DNA of 63,948 nt, counting the filler, from Reclinomonas americana ATCC 50394 (taxonomy: Eukaryota): NCBI GenBank assembly GCA_048213135.1. It is 11 parts of 11 records of this genome, joined end to end, with 100 filler letters (N's around TTAATTAATTAA, not from the genome) between each part and the next. Parts side by side here need not be neighbours in the genome. Positions count along the whole stretch, not along the records: positions 16,732 to 30,117 come from AFZH01020857.1; positions 30,218 to 34,911 come from AFZH01020858.1; positions 35,012 to 43,637 come from AFZH01020859.1; 8 more parts are not named here. One strand, given 5' to 3'. Shown one piece after another: positions 25,403 to 38,142 of the stretch. A program made the position numbers and the translations under genes. Positions within the stretch are counted from its first letter, which is position 1. Every line of letters starts with the position of its first letter. The notes beneath the pieces are model-generated. The model had not been told where the DNA came from, did no database searches, and saw only the letters and a program-made list of their open reading frames with translations.

Positions 25403-26667
25403 TCAGCCCGAGCCGCAGTTCATGAACACGCCAAGGTACCTGCACGATGCGATACAGCATGAGCAACATGACAAAGGTGGAACGGGACGCAGCAGTGAGC
25501 GTACCACACGTGATCCTTGATGGAGCCCTCCACGAAAGGCACGTCGCATGCCGGGTCAGACTCGCCGTTTCCGTAGCACTCGACAAATGACGTGCTTGCC
25601 TCGTTGTAGTGGATCTGTGTGATTCACGCTACAGTTAGCGACGCGTGAACGTTCCTGCGGCGTCAGTTACAATGCTCACCTCCGTTGGCAGGTGGTGGTA
25701 GCCGAGGAGTCCCTTGGGCGGCATCATCGGCACCTGCAATATTGTACAGCGTATGAGTCCACTGCGTTGCATACACAATATATACCCCGTCCGTGCGCCG
25801 AACGCAACGATATCGTGATGGTGCACAATGCGCCATGCGTTCTCCGGCTTGATGAGTGACGCGAACAGATTGGCGTACTTGGCATCGCCCACTCGCGGTG
25901 AGCCGACAGTGTACAGCGTCACATTCTGCGTTTGGGTAAAGGGTGAGTGTTCATACACGAGAAGAGACACGTGCACGCTCGTCAGCACACGAGTACCTTG
26001 TCGGAAAAGGTGGTAGCCAGGTGCGTTGACGCCAGAGTGGCGATGGCAGCGCCGAGCGAATGTCTACGCAAAAACAGCATCACGTCCGTCATCACAGTTA
26101 AACAGAGCACACATAAAACACGCAGCGCGGTACGGACCCCACGCAGATGATTGGAGCCTCGGGATACTGCTGTCGGAGGGCCTTGACACTCGCGACCACC
26201 GTGTCCTTGACGTCTGCGCCACGCGAGTGAGATCAAACGCCAGGTTCGGCCATCGCCTACATGCACGACTCACCGTGGTACGCCTCATACCAGCCGCGGT
26301 ACACTGTAGCACACAAAAGTTAGATGCGCGGCAATCCACACTTTCATGCTCTTCTCGCGGGGTGACAACCGACCATAGGCATCCGTGTCAAAGTACCTGC
26401 GAAAAAAGGAGAGAGATAGGGAGTGAGCAACACAAAGCCATCAAAACTCGGAGGCAACACAAGAGGCTGGCTCACTTCACAGCCGGGAAGTCCAAGTCCT
26501 AATCACCAAAGCAAACACAAGGTGAGCACAGTGCTAGGGGAGAGAGCACATGAGGGGAGCGTTGCGAACACACACCGTGAGCCAATCCTCAACAGAGATG
26601 GTACCACGAAACGTGATGAAAATGCTGTCACACCGTGTGAGACGAGCAGGTGATAAAGCAGCCGTGC

Positions 26668-26754
<87 letters not shown>

Positions 26755-27270
26755 CTTCCACGTGTGATCGTAGGCCACCATGCCAATTGTCGAGTCCAGC
26801 GCTGACTTGTGCTCAAAGTTGGCGGTCGGCGGAAGAATGCCAGGCACGTGACTGTGAGCAAGAGAGGGATGATGAGAGTGTGTGTATGATCAGAGAAAGA
26901 GGGAGAGAATGGGTTTGCGCAACTGGCAGAGACTGCAGTTCCACGCACGCACGTTGCCAAACTGGCACGTCATGGCGTCGCCAATGTAGCTGCTCTCCAT
27001 CGATGTGATCCATGAGTGATTCATGAAAATGTGCATCGATGGATGTGTGTGTGCGTGACGCAACGTGGCAGTGAGCGCAAGGTCCGCATTGTAGCCTGTC
27101 GGCGGTGACGGAACAGCTGAGAATGCGCGCGACACAGCTCCGTGTGAGAAAACAGACAGGCATGATATGATGCGTGGAGGGTGGCAATCACCAGTGACGC
27201 TCACAGACGCAGTGGCTGCGGCAATCAGAGCCAACACTGCAACGAGCTGCAGCAGAGTGCCTTGTCGCAT
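25403..27270 (-). CDS. Secreted class-3 lipase (fungal-type triacylglycerol lipase)
   Basis: Signal peptide MRQGTLLQLVAVLALIAAATA; IFITFRGTISVEDWL; nucleophile elbow ICVG|HSLGAAIATLA (GHSLG); YTVGSPRVGD; WRIVHHHDIV; YHHLPTE; DHVWYLGV. Confidence 0.9.
26669..26752. repeat. Compound (TC)n(AC)n microsatellite in a lipase intron
   Basis: Directly visible: ~11 TC units followed by ~30 AC units. Confidence 0.9.
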
Positions 27271-27426
27271 ACTGATTCGTTGATGACGGACGAGGGAGAG
27301 AGTGTGACGAGGACACACGACGTTCGTTGATTGCTTCTTTACTCTCTCGTTGTACATACATGAGGCTGCAGATCAGCAACTAGTACTCTCGTGACGAGTA
27401 CGTTGGTCTGCAACAACATAATCCAG

Positions 27427-29986
27427 TCAGCGTTTGAAGTGCATGAACACGACGGCGCACGCGTACCTCTTTCGGTCAGGCTGATAGATGCTGGACGAAG
27501 AAGAGGAAAGGGATGAGCGGCCGTAGGTGTCCCCTTCGACATCGAGAGCTGGACTGGAGCGCTTGCGTCGGTATCGTTCCTCGCGGTCGCGCAGCGATTC
27601 GCTCTCACGCTCACGTCGACGCTGCGGTAAAGAAAAAATGCTCAGCAGCGTTGGGCAACAGCGCGACGAGCACTGCAGGCGGTACCTCTCGATCTGGCGA
27701 GGGCGGCTGCGGTTCTTCGCGGCGTGGAGGTGGCTGTGGATTCTGCAACGTCGCATTGTAGACATCGTCGCTGACCAGGGTTTCGTCGACCAGAATCGGA
27801 GATTTGGACAGGTCGACGCTGAAACCGAGAGTGAGACTGGCACGCAGCTCCTACCCATGATCGAGAAACACTCACCGCAACGTGTAGCCGTAAAAGGCGG
27901 CACCGTTGAAAGTGGCACGAGCGCGCATAGCGCCCTCCTCTGAATAAAATTCCACAAAACCAAACCGAGTGACTTTTGGATCGCCCGGCACCTGTGCCAG
28001 CATTGGCCGTGAGTGCTGACTGAGACGTCGCATCAAGTGTGTCGACAATGGTTGCGTACCCTCTCGCCAGCCAACACCACTTTCTCCACGCGACCGGCGC
28101 GCTCAAAGAATTGCGCGAGCTCGGCAGCCGTAACCTGATCACGTTTCAGATGAGCACAACGCAAACCGTGATCAGAGAATGTTCCTTGTCACGCACCGCC
28201 GACGATATGCTGCCCACGTAGATCGTGCGTGAAATGGCCTGCAAGCGTTCACGTGGGAGGGTCTCTTGATTGCGCACCTCCTTGATGGAGGCCGCTATGG
28301 CCGACTTGCTCTTCTGTACCAGCAGTTTCTCCGCGCCCAGAACAATGTGGTTGAGCTGCAGAGCCACATCGGCCTCCTCCGGCGTGCTGAACTCTACAAA
28401 GCCGAAACGGCACGTGTGTGCACCCTCGGCCGTGCCGACCAGGCGCGACGCCGTCACCTGATATCATGAGAGCCCATTATCAGAAACGTGGCTGTCAGTT
28501 CTTTCTGCAGCTGCACCACTCACCCTGCCACACACTCCAAAGAACTCCTCCAGCTGCCTCTTGGTCAGGCCCTTGTCAATGTTGGTCACGTAGACGGTGC
28601 GTCGGATCAACTCGCGTTCGATGCGACTCTCCAGCGCCCTCTCGTCGGTCTCCACGGCGCCGGAAAGCAATCGCCCGTGCACGTAGCGCGGCTGCTCGTC
28701 CATCGAGCCGCCAGCCGAACCAGCAGCACTAGCAAACGAGGATGATGACACTGATGACGACGACGACGGCGGGTAAGCTGGCGGTTGCGGTGGCGGAGGC
28801 AGTGGTGCATGCATTGCTGGCGGCGCACTCATGTGCATATGTTGCGGCATACCCATCATCGCCAATGGGTGTGCCGCCTGCTGCTGCAGCACGCTGGCCA
28901 CCGCGGCGGCAGCAGCAGCGGCAGCAGCCGGTTGAATGGAGGCCTTTTTTCAGGCGAATTAGGTCATGCGCCAATACAGATACACGGAAGCAGGGAGGAC
29001 GAAACTGGCACTCCATGCTGTTGCAGCACGGCAACAATGCTGGTGGCCACGGTGGCCGACAGCTCCGCGGCACCCATCTGGGTCTGCAAGAGGCCGCAAA
29101 GAAAGAGGCACATGACACAGTGCAACAGAGCAGGGGGGTGGGAGAGGCAAGGGCGCAATGCGTGTGCGGGCCAGTGCAAAAACTAGGACGAGGGCAGGGG
29201 GAGAGGTGTGTGCGTGCGCTTACCGGGTACGCGTGCGACATTGGGGCCATAGGCATGGAACTGGCGTAGACGGAAGGCACGGGCTGTGGGGGCGGTGGAG
29301 GCGGAGGCGGTGGTGGTTGCGGAGCAGTGCAATGCAGCTGGAGCACGCTGATGCCCTTGGCGGCCGGACACACACGCAACGACACGCCTTCCAACGAATA
29401 GTTGTCAAGTTGCAGCGCTGCGTGCGCCTGCGCGCTGTCGGCAAACTCGACAAACGCGAAACGGCTGTAGGTGACCACCGGAGGGTTGCTGCAACACACA
29501 CGCCGGGTCAGCTCGGCGGGAGAGCGGGGGATGACAGATCTAGAGAAAAGACGCAACGCATTGGGATCGGGCCACTGGCCACTCGGCCCGATCTTGCAGT
29601 GCGTGATGCGCGCCACTGGCGCGAAGAACACCGACAACGAGTCGTCCGTCATCCACGCCGCCAGATTGCTCACATACACGGTCCGTGCCGAGTCAAAGAA
29701 GCCATGGTAGGGCCAGTCGGCGGGATATGCGGCACTGGCGGCGGAGAGTGCGGAGAGCGGAGGCACCGATGCGTAGCCGGCAGGCGGCGTGAAAGCCGAG
29801 ACGCCCATTCCTGGAGCTGACTGCTGAAGTAAGGAGAGAGATGTAAGTGGACTGTTGTCTTGCTGCCTTGCTGATGAACAGCCTGCGTACCTTGCCTACT
29901 TCCTTGCGTTTCGAGGTGCCGGCGGGCACGGCGCCCACGGCGGCGGTGGAGCCGGGCGGTGGAGCGGGGATGTCGTACAAGGGCAT
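27427..29986 (-). CDS. RNA-binding protein with three RRMs and an Arg/Ser/Glu-rich tail (SREK1/SRSF11- or plant CID8-13-like)
   Basis: RRM1 ARTVYVSNL...SRFAFVEFAD; RRM2 IRRTVYVTNID...RFGFVEFST...VQKSKSAI; RRM3 SRTIYVGSI...RFGFVEFYS. C-terminal RRRERESESLRDREERYRRKRSS. The 3' end is approximate. Confidence 0.8.
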
Positions 29987-29998
29987 GTCCTGCGCGCA

Positions 29999-30040
<42 letters not shown>

Positions 30041-30647
30041 TGAGTGAGTGAGTGTGTGAGTGAGAGAGTTGGTGATCGCATGAGCGACGAGGAGGTGGGT
30101 GGCGGGCGAAGAAACTANNNNNNNNNNNNNNNNNNNNNNNNNNNNNNNNNNNNNNNNNNNNTTAATTAATTAANNNNNNNNNNNNNNNNNNNNNNNNNNN
30201 NNNNNNNNNNNNNNNNNTGAGAGATTGGTGATCGCATGAGCGACAGGAGTGGGTGCGGGCAAGAAACTACGAAACTACAGAAACGCGTTTTTTCCCGCCA
30301 CTATCATCATCTTCACTCATGTGACTTTGGTGGTCAGCTGTACGTGTGTGTGGAGGGTGGAGAGGAGAGAGGGGGTGTGTGTTCTGTCAGAAGAGAATTG
30401 TTGTGTTTCTGCTGGCTGCGGGTCTGCGTGTGTGAATGAGCGAAGAAGGCGCAGGACAGCAAAACTGTGCTTTGTTGAAGGCCTTTCTTTGTTGCCAAAG
30501 TCGACGTCTTTCGGCAAGCACTTCATAATGGCACAGACTTATATTCAACGCAGTGCTCACCAGACTTGTTTTCTTTCTCACTTTCTCTTTGCCGCTGCAT
30601 CACTTTTTCTCGCACTTACTCACTACCCTTCCTCATGCTCCCGACCT

Positions 30648-32445
30648 CTATCCGCCCACCGCCGCCGCCCCCCTCGGCGCTACCCTCAGAGTTCACCAAA
30701 CAGCTCGGAAGGTGCTTTCTGTACGCCACACACATCTGTTAGCCACTTGCTTGCCACCAGCTCGTGCGACCAAGACATGAAACTCAGCTCCATTGTAGGA
30801 AATGTCGACCATCTCCTTCATGAGGTCGTACGCGATCTCCTTGGTGACCACCGCATCGCCGCGGTACAGCGGGTGCTGACGCACAAAGTTGCGCATATAC
30901 GAGGCCGTCGTGTGCAGCTCACCGCTGGCTCGCTGCGACACGAACCGGATGTAGCGATCGAGACAGCTGCGAGTCTCGGCCGTGATGGTGTCAGCCTTGG
31001 TCTCCAAGTACTTGTAGACCAGGGAGATGAGGCCGGGGAAGTCCTTCGGGTCGCCCGAGCGGACACCTGCACAAGCGAGTGAGTTGAGCTGCACAAGAAA
31101 AACACAGTGAGTCCACCGCGCACAGCAAACCATTGATGATCTCGTCGATCGTGTACTCGGTGAGCTCGCCATAGCCGGGGGCGCACACGTTGCGGCGCCA
31201 GTAGAACTTGGACTCCAACACGGCGTCGCGCTTGTGTGCCTCGGCCAAGTTGACATCCACCTGCGAGCGCACGCACACACTCGTCAGCGACAAGGCGCCC
31301 CTCACCAACTCAAAGACACCACAAACCAGCGACAGTGGCATGTACATGTTGAGCGAGAAGTGCTGAATGGCGCGAGCCACCAGCACAATGAAGACAGTAA
31401 AGGCAGCATTCTCAAAGTCCGTCAACGACGCCTCCATGACACGGAACTCGACGCGCCAGCCAATACCACTGTTTCGCACGTCAGACAGGCATCGCGCAGT
31501 GAAGGAGAGGATTGGAAATAACAAAAATGACACGCAACGAGTTGGGTGGCGGCGGCTTGAACCGCACCGTCTGCCAGTTTGTGCTTTGAATGTTCTCAAA
31601 ATGATCGACATTAACTCGATCGTCCAACTCAATGCGGTTCTGGTAGATCACCAGCGGATCACGGATGAACAGATGCGCACAGTGGCGCGCCAACATGTGG
31701 TCGACACCAGCGGCCACCAATCGATCGTACGCCTCCTTATTTATGGGAGCTCGCACATCGTTCAGTGCCTCCACATCCACGTCTGCCAAACAAGACGGTG
31801 AGTGGGCAGTCGAAAAGCGCCCATTTCCAGCAATAAGTAAACAAACCATCGCGGCTCGAGATGAAACACGAGACCGAGTCGTACCGACTCTTCGGCACTC
31901 GCGAGAACCCGTCCTCTCCCAGTTCCAACTCTTCCAGTGTGCGGTCGTCCACTGCACCGCTCACCTGCGTAAAATTTCGAGCGACAGGCGTTGAGCAATG
32001 CGTGCATGAATGAAAACGAGGGGACGGAGAGTGCCACTCACCACATGCCATCGCACGTCCGTGTCCACCAGCGTGCCCTTGAGAATCGGTGTCGCCGCCG
32101 TCAGGGCCAACATAATGGGGCACAGCACGGCAAACTGATCGTAGAGGAAGCGCGCCTGCACCATGTCGCGTGTTTGGAATGTGACCTGCAGACAGCAGCA
32201 GCCCATGCCGAATGCCATGCAGTCCATGTGCACGGTATCCAGCGGCTTCTCGCACCCGCTGCACACGCCATTCTGCAGCGGAACCTCGGGAGACTCGCGG
32301 CGCACCGGCACCTCGATCTCACTCGTGTCATCGCCCGACGCTCCGCCACTGGACGAACCAGAGACGGCATCGGAATCACGGTCGACCTCGTCCGTCGGCT
32401 GCGCGCGCGCACGCACACAAGTCAACACGAGTGGCACTCGAGCGC

Positions 32446-32495
<50 letters not shown>

Positions 32496-34061
32496 GCACT
32501 CGCTACGCACCGACGGCAGGTAAGACATTTTCCGCTGCGATGCACGACGCGGAATGTCGTCTGTGATGGCACTGACACGCATGCCGGCGGGTTTGTAGTA
32601 CTGCGGCAAAAAGTATGCATTGCGCGACAGTGTCGGGGCGTCGGTGGTTCGTCTGCGTCAGGGCACGACTCGTCAGTAAAACTGTGTGCACAAATCAAAA
32701 GAGAAGAGAGGAAGGCAGAATTCATACCGGTACACGAGTGCCGCATAGGCGTGACACCGAGCATCGGATCCCACGGTGGAGCACACGTCGGGGTGGGCGG
32801 GCACATAGATGCACACTCGTCGACCGCGTCGCTCACGAATGTTTCTTGTCAGCGTTCTGCAACCATAGCAACAGCCTGTGAGTCGAATCGAAACACGCGT
32901 ATACGCACAGCCACGTGGTGGCGCAACTGGAATCGCTCGTGTGGATTGATGCACTCATCGGGCACGTAGCGCGATCGTGACACGTGACCCGAATCGCCGG
33001 GCGGCGCATGCGGAGGTGTCGTAAAGTTGTACGGCACACCCATCAGCGGGAACGACGTGCACGACATGACTCGCACACTGTCCTCGGAGCGACCTGCACG
33101 ACGACAGCACACACGCGTCACCAATCGCGAGAACGATAGTGAACGAACAAAATAAGCCAGCAAACCATTCCGGCGACACCATCGCTTGACGCATTCATCC
33201 GCAATCCGCCTCCTCGCCGCCATGTTGACTTCCACCAGCGGCAACGCATTCAGACTCTCACTGTACGGGCTTCCAGGCGTGCCTACACCAGCGCAACGAG
33301 TGAGCACGCATGTTGGAGGGATCAGATCAATCCAGCTGCACAGAGACACTGACCCTCAATCATGAATGATCCATACTCTGGTCGCCACAGCGCCACCATG
33401 TCTGGCTTTGGCACCGACTGCGGACTGCACTCCCCACCAGTCAACATCCATCACAGATAGAGGGAGAGCAAATTGCAACAACACGCAACTCACGACCCTC
33501 CTCTTGCGCATGATGCACCGCCTCATTGTACGCATCCTCCTCCACTGTCAGCTCAGCCAGCAGCTCCGCACCAATCAGTGCCAGTGTCACACTCTGCTCG
33601 AGAGAGGGAGAGGGAGAGCGTGAGTGTCGCCATGTCGCACGACTGCTGCACTCGTCGTCATCACCACTCCACGCGCTCCCAATGCACACAATGCATACAC
33701 CTTGGCAGCACGCCACAGACACGATCTCATGGTCGCCACTGTGGCCTTCCTTTGTCTCTTTTCCACGAGCAAAAGACGCAACTTTCGACTCATCATCAAA
33801 CGCCCACAATTGGTACTCGATCTCATCGCCCCATGTCAGAGTCTCACTGCGCAGATCTCGGTACCGCTCCCACAGTGCCAGGAACTGCGTTTCGCGTGGA
33901 GGAGGGGATGAGGCAAGCGCGTGAAATGACCGCGAAACAAACACACACGCTCACACACACTCACTGACACACACCTGCTCAATGCCGTGCTCACGGACGT
34001 AGTTGAGGAATGGTTGGGCCTCGGCCCATGGCAGTGCGTGACCACTGGTGAGGAAGCCCAT
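30648..34061 (-). CDS. GCLC: Glutamate-cysteine ligase catalytic subunit (eukaryotic/Gsh1 type)
   Basis: MGFLTSGHALPW...VREHGIEQ|FL; LTWGDEIEY; HMDCMAFGMGCCCLQVTFQ; LALTAATPILKG; DVRW; KSRYDSV; HLFIRDPLV; HFENIQSTNWQTVRFKPPPP; GWRVEFRVME. Confidence 0.97.
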
Positions 34062-34617
34062 TGCGTTTCTCTCGAGTCGCGCGCTTTGAGGATGAGAAAA
34101 TTCGGAGTGCGCTCGGAGTGAGCGGAAAAATGGGGAGGTTGTTGGTGTGTTATGCGTGGAACGCGCTGGTGTTACGGCGCTGTGCCTCTCGCGTACACAC
34201 TCCGGTGTCACAGTGTGTGCTGCGCGCGCGCGCAATGCGTGTGACTGCTGCAACGGGTGGGTAAAGTTTCAAGAGTTTTCGGCCGCGTGGGTTTCGCGGG
34301 TTTTTCTCACACTCACAAGCACGACGCAACACACACCCCTGCGAGCGCACGCAGACGCACAGGCCTAGGCTCTCTCTCTTCCTTGGGTGACGAGAGAGAG
34401 AGAGAGCAGAGAGAGCAGAGTGAGAGAGAGGAGAAAAGAGACCACGACGTCGGACACGAATCGACCTCACACTTCCGCTCCCCCTGTCTCTGCCTTGTTT
34501 TCTCACAGACAGACACACACACGCAGCCGCTAGCACACACAGACGCTGGCCGATACCCACTGACGTCGCGTAATATGGATATTCGCGTGGGACAGCTCCG
34601 CGCTTCTCAATTTGGCA

Positions 34618-37600
34618 ATGGAGGTTGGCGCGGAATCACTTCCCCAGCCGCCGCCACCGGCCTCGCCACAAGACAGCGAGCGGCCGCCGCCTCCACGCAC
34701 ACCAGAACCACCCGCACTCCTGCGCATGCACGAAGACGAGGAGGATGACGAAGCGGAAGAGGACGATGAGGAAGAGGAAGAAGAAGAGACCATCACTCCC
34801 ACACCTCTGCAAATCAAACCGCCTTCCCCACCACCCTTGGTCAGCGCAGAAGCCGCTGCGCGCATGATCCCACCACAGCCACCATCGCCCTCGTCAATGG
34901 ACGATGCTCCANNNNNNNNNNNNNNNNNNNNNNNNNNNNNNNNNNNNNNNNNNNNTTAATTAATTAANNNNNNNNNNNNNNNNNNNNNNNNNNNNNNNNN
35001 NNNNNNNNNNNGCAGCCACAACCGCCGCCGCCGCCTCCTCCACCGCCTCCACCGCAGCAACCGCCGCTAACGGTTATCACGGCCACGGTGTCGACTACGC
35101 CGCCGGCCGGTCGACTGACGAGTAACATTATCGTGATGCCGAGTCCGTATCCGTCGTCTACGGCGGCCAACTCGCCACCGGTGCCACTGTCGCGAGCATG
35201 GGAGGATTGGCGCACGCTGCGGCTGCTCAACAGTGGGCTTACGGTCATGCATCCGCCCTCGTGGCGAGCGTTGCGAGTGAGTCTTCTTTTCTTTTTCCCA
35301 TCAGTTGTCAGTCATGAGACAGCATGTGCTGAAGGGATTGGTGTGTGGTAGGTCGATGGCGAGGCGGAGCTGATGTTGGAAGACAAGCATGCACTCGATG
35401 GGTTGCGTTGGCCTCTTGCGTTTTCGTTCCATGCTGGCTGCAGATCGGTGTGTGCTCACATGCGTCGCAGACCGGTGACCATGACGGTGGTGCTGGAGGA
35501 TGTCCGTGCACATCCGCGTCTCGATCCGCAGCGGTACGCGGAGATGAGCATCAATCAGCATATCGTCAGTGACTCTGGTACTGCTCTGCTGCGCGTGTGG
35601 TTTCGCGTCGATGTCTGCGGATGACTGACTCGTGAAACGAAACTACGCAGTGCTGGAGTTGCTGCAGCCAAAGATGCGCTCGCGTATCAACGTGTGCGAC
35701 CGTGAGACGTGGAGTTTTGCGTTCAGCGCGCCGCAAGCGCAGCCGACTCGTGGCAAGAATTGTTTCTGGTGTGTGGATGTGTGTCTCTGTGTGTGTGTGC
35801 GAGTTGTCTCGATGCTCATACCGCTGGCAGGATGAATGTCTTCAAAGTCGGCACCACCTTTCTCATCGTCAACTGCTTCTGCCACGCCGACAAGTACGAG
35901 CGACTAAAGCCCGTCTTTCAGCAAGTGCTGCTGCGCATGGAGATTGATCGCACACTCGAACGACGCATGTCCTTGCCGTTTCAGGGTTCGTCACAGCACA
36001 GCAACACTGTATCAGTGTGCTCCCGCAGGTCGTCTGACTGTGTACACATTGTGTGTCTCTGTGTGTGTAGGATCGGCGGTGCAGAGCTACCATTTCATCG
36101 GCAAGCCCATCAGCTTTGATGTGCCGACGTACTGGGTGCGCCAGGAGGAACAGGATGAATCGACGGCATTTGCGCGTTTCCAGATGCCTGTCATTGCGCT
36201 AGATCGTGCCTCGCAGCAGCAGTGTCGCTACCTCACGTTCATGCTCATCGACGAAGGCAAGGTCGCCGAAATGTGGAATGTGGTTGGCTTTGCGGTTGCG
36301 TCGCGGTGTCTCCACCACAACCCTGTGTCAGTCGCAGCAAAATTCTTACCCCGGTGCGCAGAAAGAAGTCAAGCGCACCTTCCGCGAGGGTGTCGCCTGC
36401 TCCACGACACTGGAGGAGTCGGTGAACTTGAATGGACTCGTGTGCGTCCACATGGAGCTGCTGGTGGACGACGGCACCGACAAGAACATTATCGACGTGT
36501 GGGCCTGGTTGTGTCCGTGTCGCGAGTTGCGTTGGAATAGCAGTGTGCTTCTCTTCATGGCACGCACTGAGCGACGATGCACAGAGGCGACGGCGAGCTG
36601 GTGCAGCACGGCTTCACGGCCGTGTTTTCGTGCCCGGCTCCCTATTACGACATTTACAAGGGCTGCTGCCACGAGGTCATGCACACGCTGCGCATGTCTT
36701 CCGATTTCAAGTATGCACGAAAGAATGTCGGTGAGTGGCGTGACGCGCACGCCAAGTTCCTCCCAACGCGCTCGCCAACCCAGCCTGCCAGATCTCGATG
36801 TTGTGGTATGCTACACGTTTCCGACGGAGGGCTGCAGTGTGGCCGTTCCGGTGCCGTGGCTGCGCATCTCCAACAATGTTGCGCCCGACCGCCCATCTTT
36901 CCTTTTGTGCCGCGTGCTCACGGTTGGGGAGGCAGGAGCGCAACTCGATCGAGTTTGTTGTCACGACGCTGGTGACAGAGGAGGTGGTGGGCCAGCTGGA
37001 AGTGATTTGGCGCGATGTGTCGGCGCAGCCGAGCATCACGATTGAGGAGTACGCGCAGCTCAACTTTGACAAGATTGTGAATGCTGTCGATACGCAGTCG
37101 GCCTCGGAGAGCTCGATGAAGATTGTGAAGCATATTGAGCGGTGTTCCATTGGTCGTGGGTCGGCCACGCGGCCGGCGTGCAAGTTTGCGGTGAGGAGGG
37201 TAGGAGGGGTAGAAGGGGGAGAAGGGGGAGAAGGGGGAAAGGGGAAGGGGGTAGAAGGGGAGGGAGAAAGGAAGGTAGGAGGGGGAAAGAGAAGAAGTGA
37301 CGCTGAGAGGGGAAAGCAGTGGCTATCTCTGTGATTCACCGAGTGGCACGTGCGCATTAGGTTAGAAGAAGACAGGAAGGCAGATGAAAGAGGGGATACC
37401 TGTCTCTGTAGGCACGTGCAGGTGGGCTTTGAAGGAGACAGACGGAGAGGGAGGGGGAGGGAGAGAGAATGAGGGCAAAGAGTTTCTGCCTCTGCAATTC
37501 TTCAAGAGAAATATGCAGATGGACCTTGATGGAGATGGGAAGAGAGGCAGGAGGGAGAAAAGAGAATAATTGCACATCTCTGTAAGTTTTCACCAAGTTT

Positions 37601-38046
37601 TCTCCTGCAGATTATACGTCGAAGGAGACAGGAAGAGAGAGAGAGAGAGAGAGATAGAGAGATTGAGACAGAGAAATCTAGAGATACAGAGGGTGGAGGA
37701 AGTGCGTGTCTCTGTCATTCACCAAGCGGTTCGCGCATGTGGGTTTGAGGAAAGGGAGAAGAAATTGCCCTTATCTCCAGTTCACCGTCGATCCCCGCAG
37801 ATGAGCTTTGTCGACGAGGACGAGGAGGGCGCCGATCTGCACAGCTACTACGTGTGGTATTTCATGCTGGATGGCATGAAAGCATGGTCGCTGCAGCTGC
37901 TGGTGTTTGAAGAGGTTTCTCTCCCTTCTCTCTCTCCCCGCCTCCTCCCGCAGTGCGTCGTATTTTCTCACGTCCACACGCAGTTCGACGAGAGCGAGCG
38001 CACCCTCGACCTCCTCGTTGCGCCATCCTTCAAGACATTAAAGTAA
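34618..38046 (+). CDS. Uncharacterised protein: Pro/acidic N-terminus followed by three tandem PsbP/Mog1/DcrB-like repeats (spans the gap at 34912)
   Basis: Three similar units. They open with GLTVMHPPSWR / ISFDVPTYWVR / CSVAVPVPWLR and close with YERLKPVFQQVLLRMEI / YDIYKGCCHEVMHTLRM / FDESERTLDLLVAPSFKTL. About 12 GT-AG-joined exons. Confidence 0.6.
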
Positions 38047-38142
38047 ATCACCGTCGGTCTGCTTGTTAAAAGCCCCATTGCTTCATTCCGTCTCCCTCGG
38101 TTGCGTGGATGCACTACTCGTCCTGTATGCTGCTTGTGCATC

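Noticed and set aside
30063..30270. Apparent direct repeat flanking the gap
   Set aside because: The two sides are the same sequence with indel noise, i.e. unmerged overlapping contig ends.
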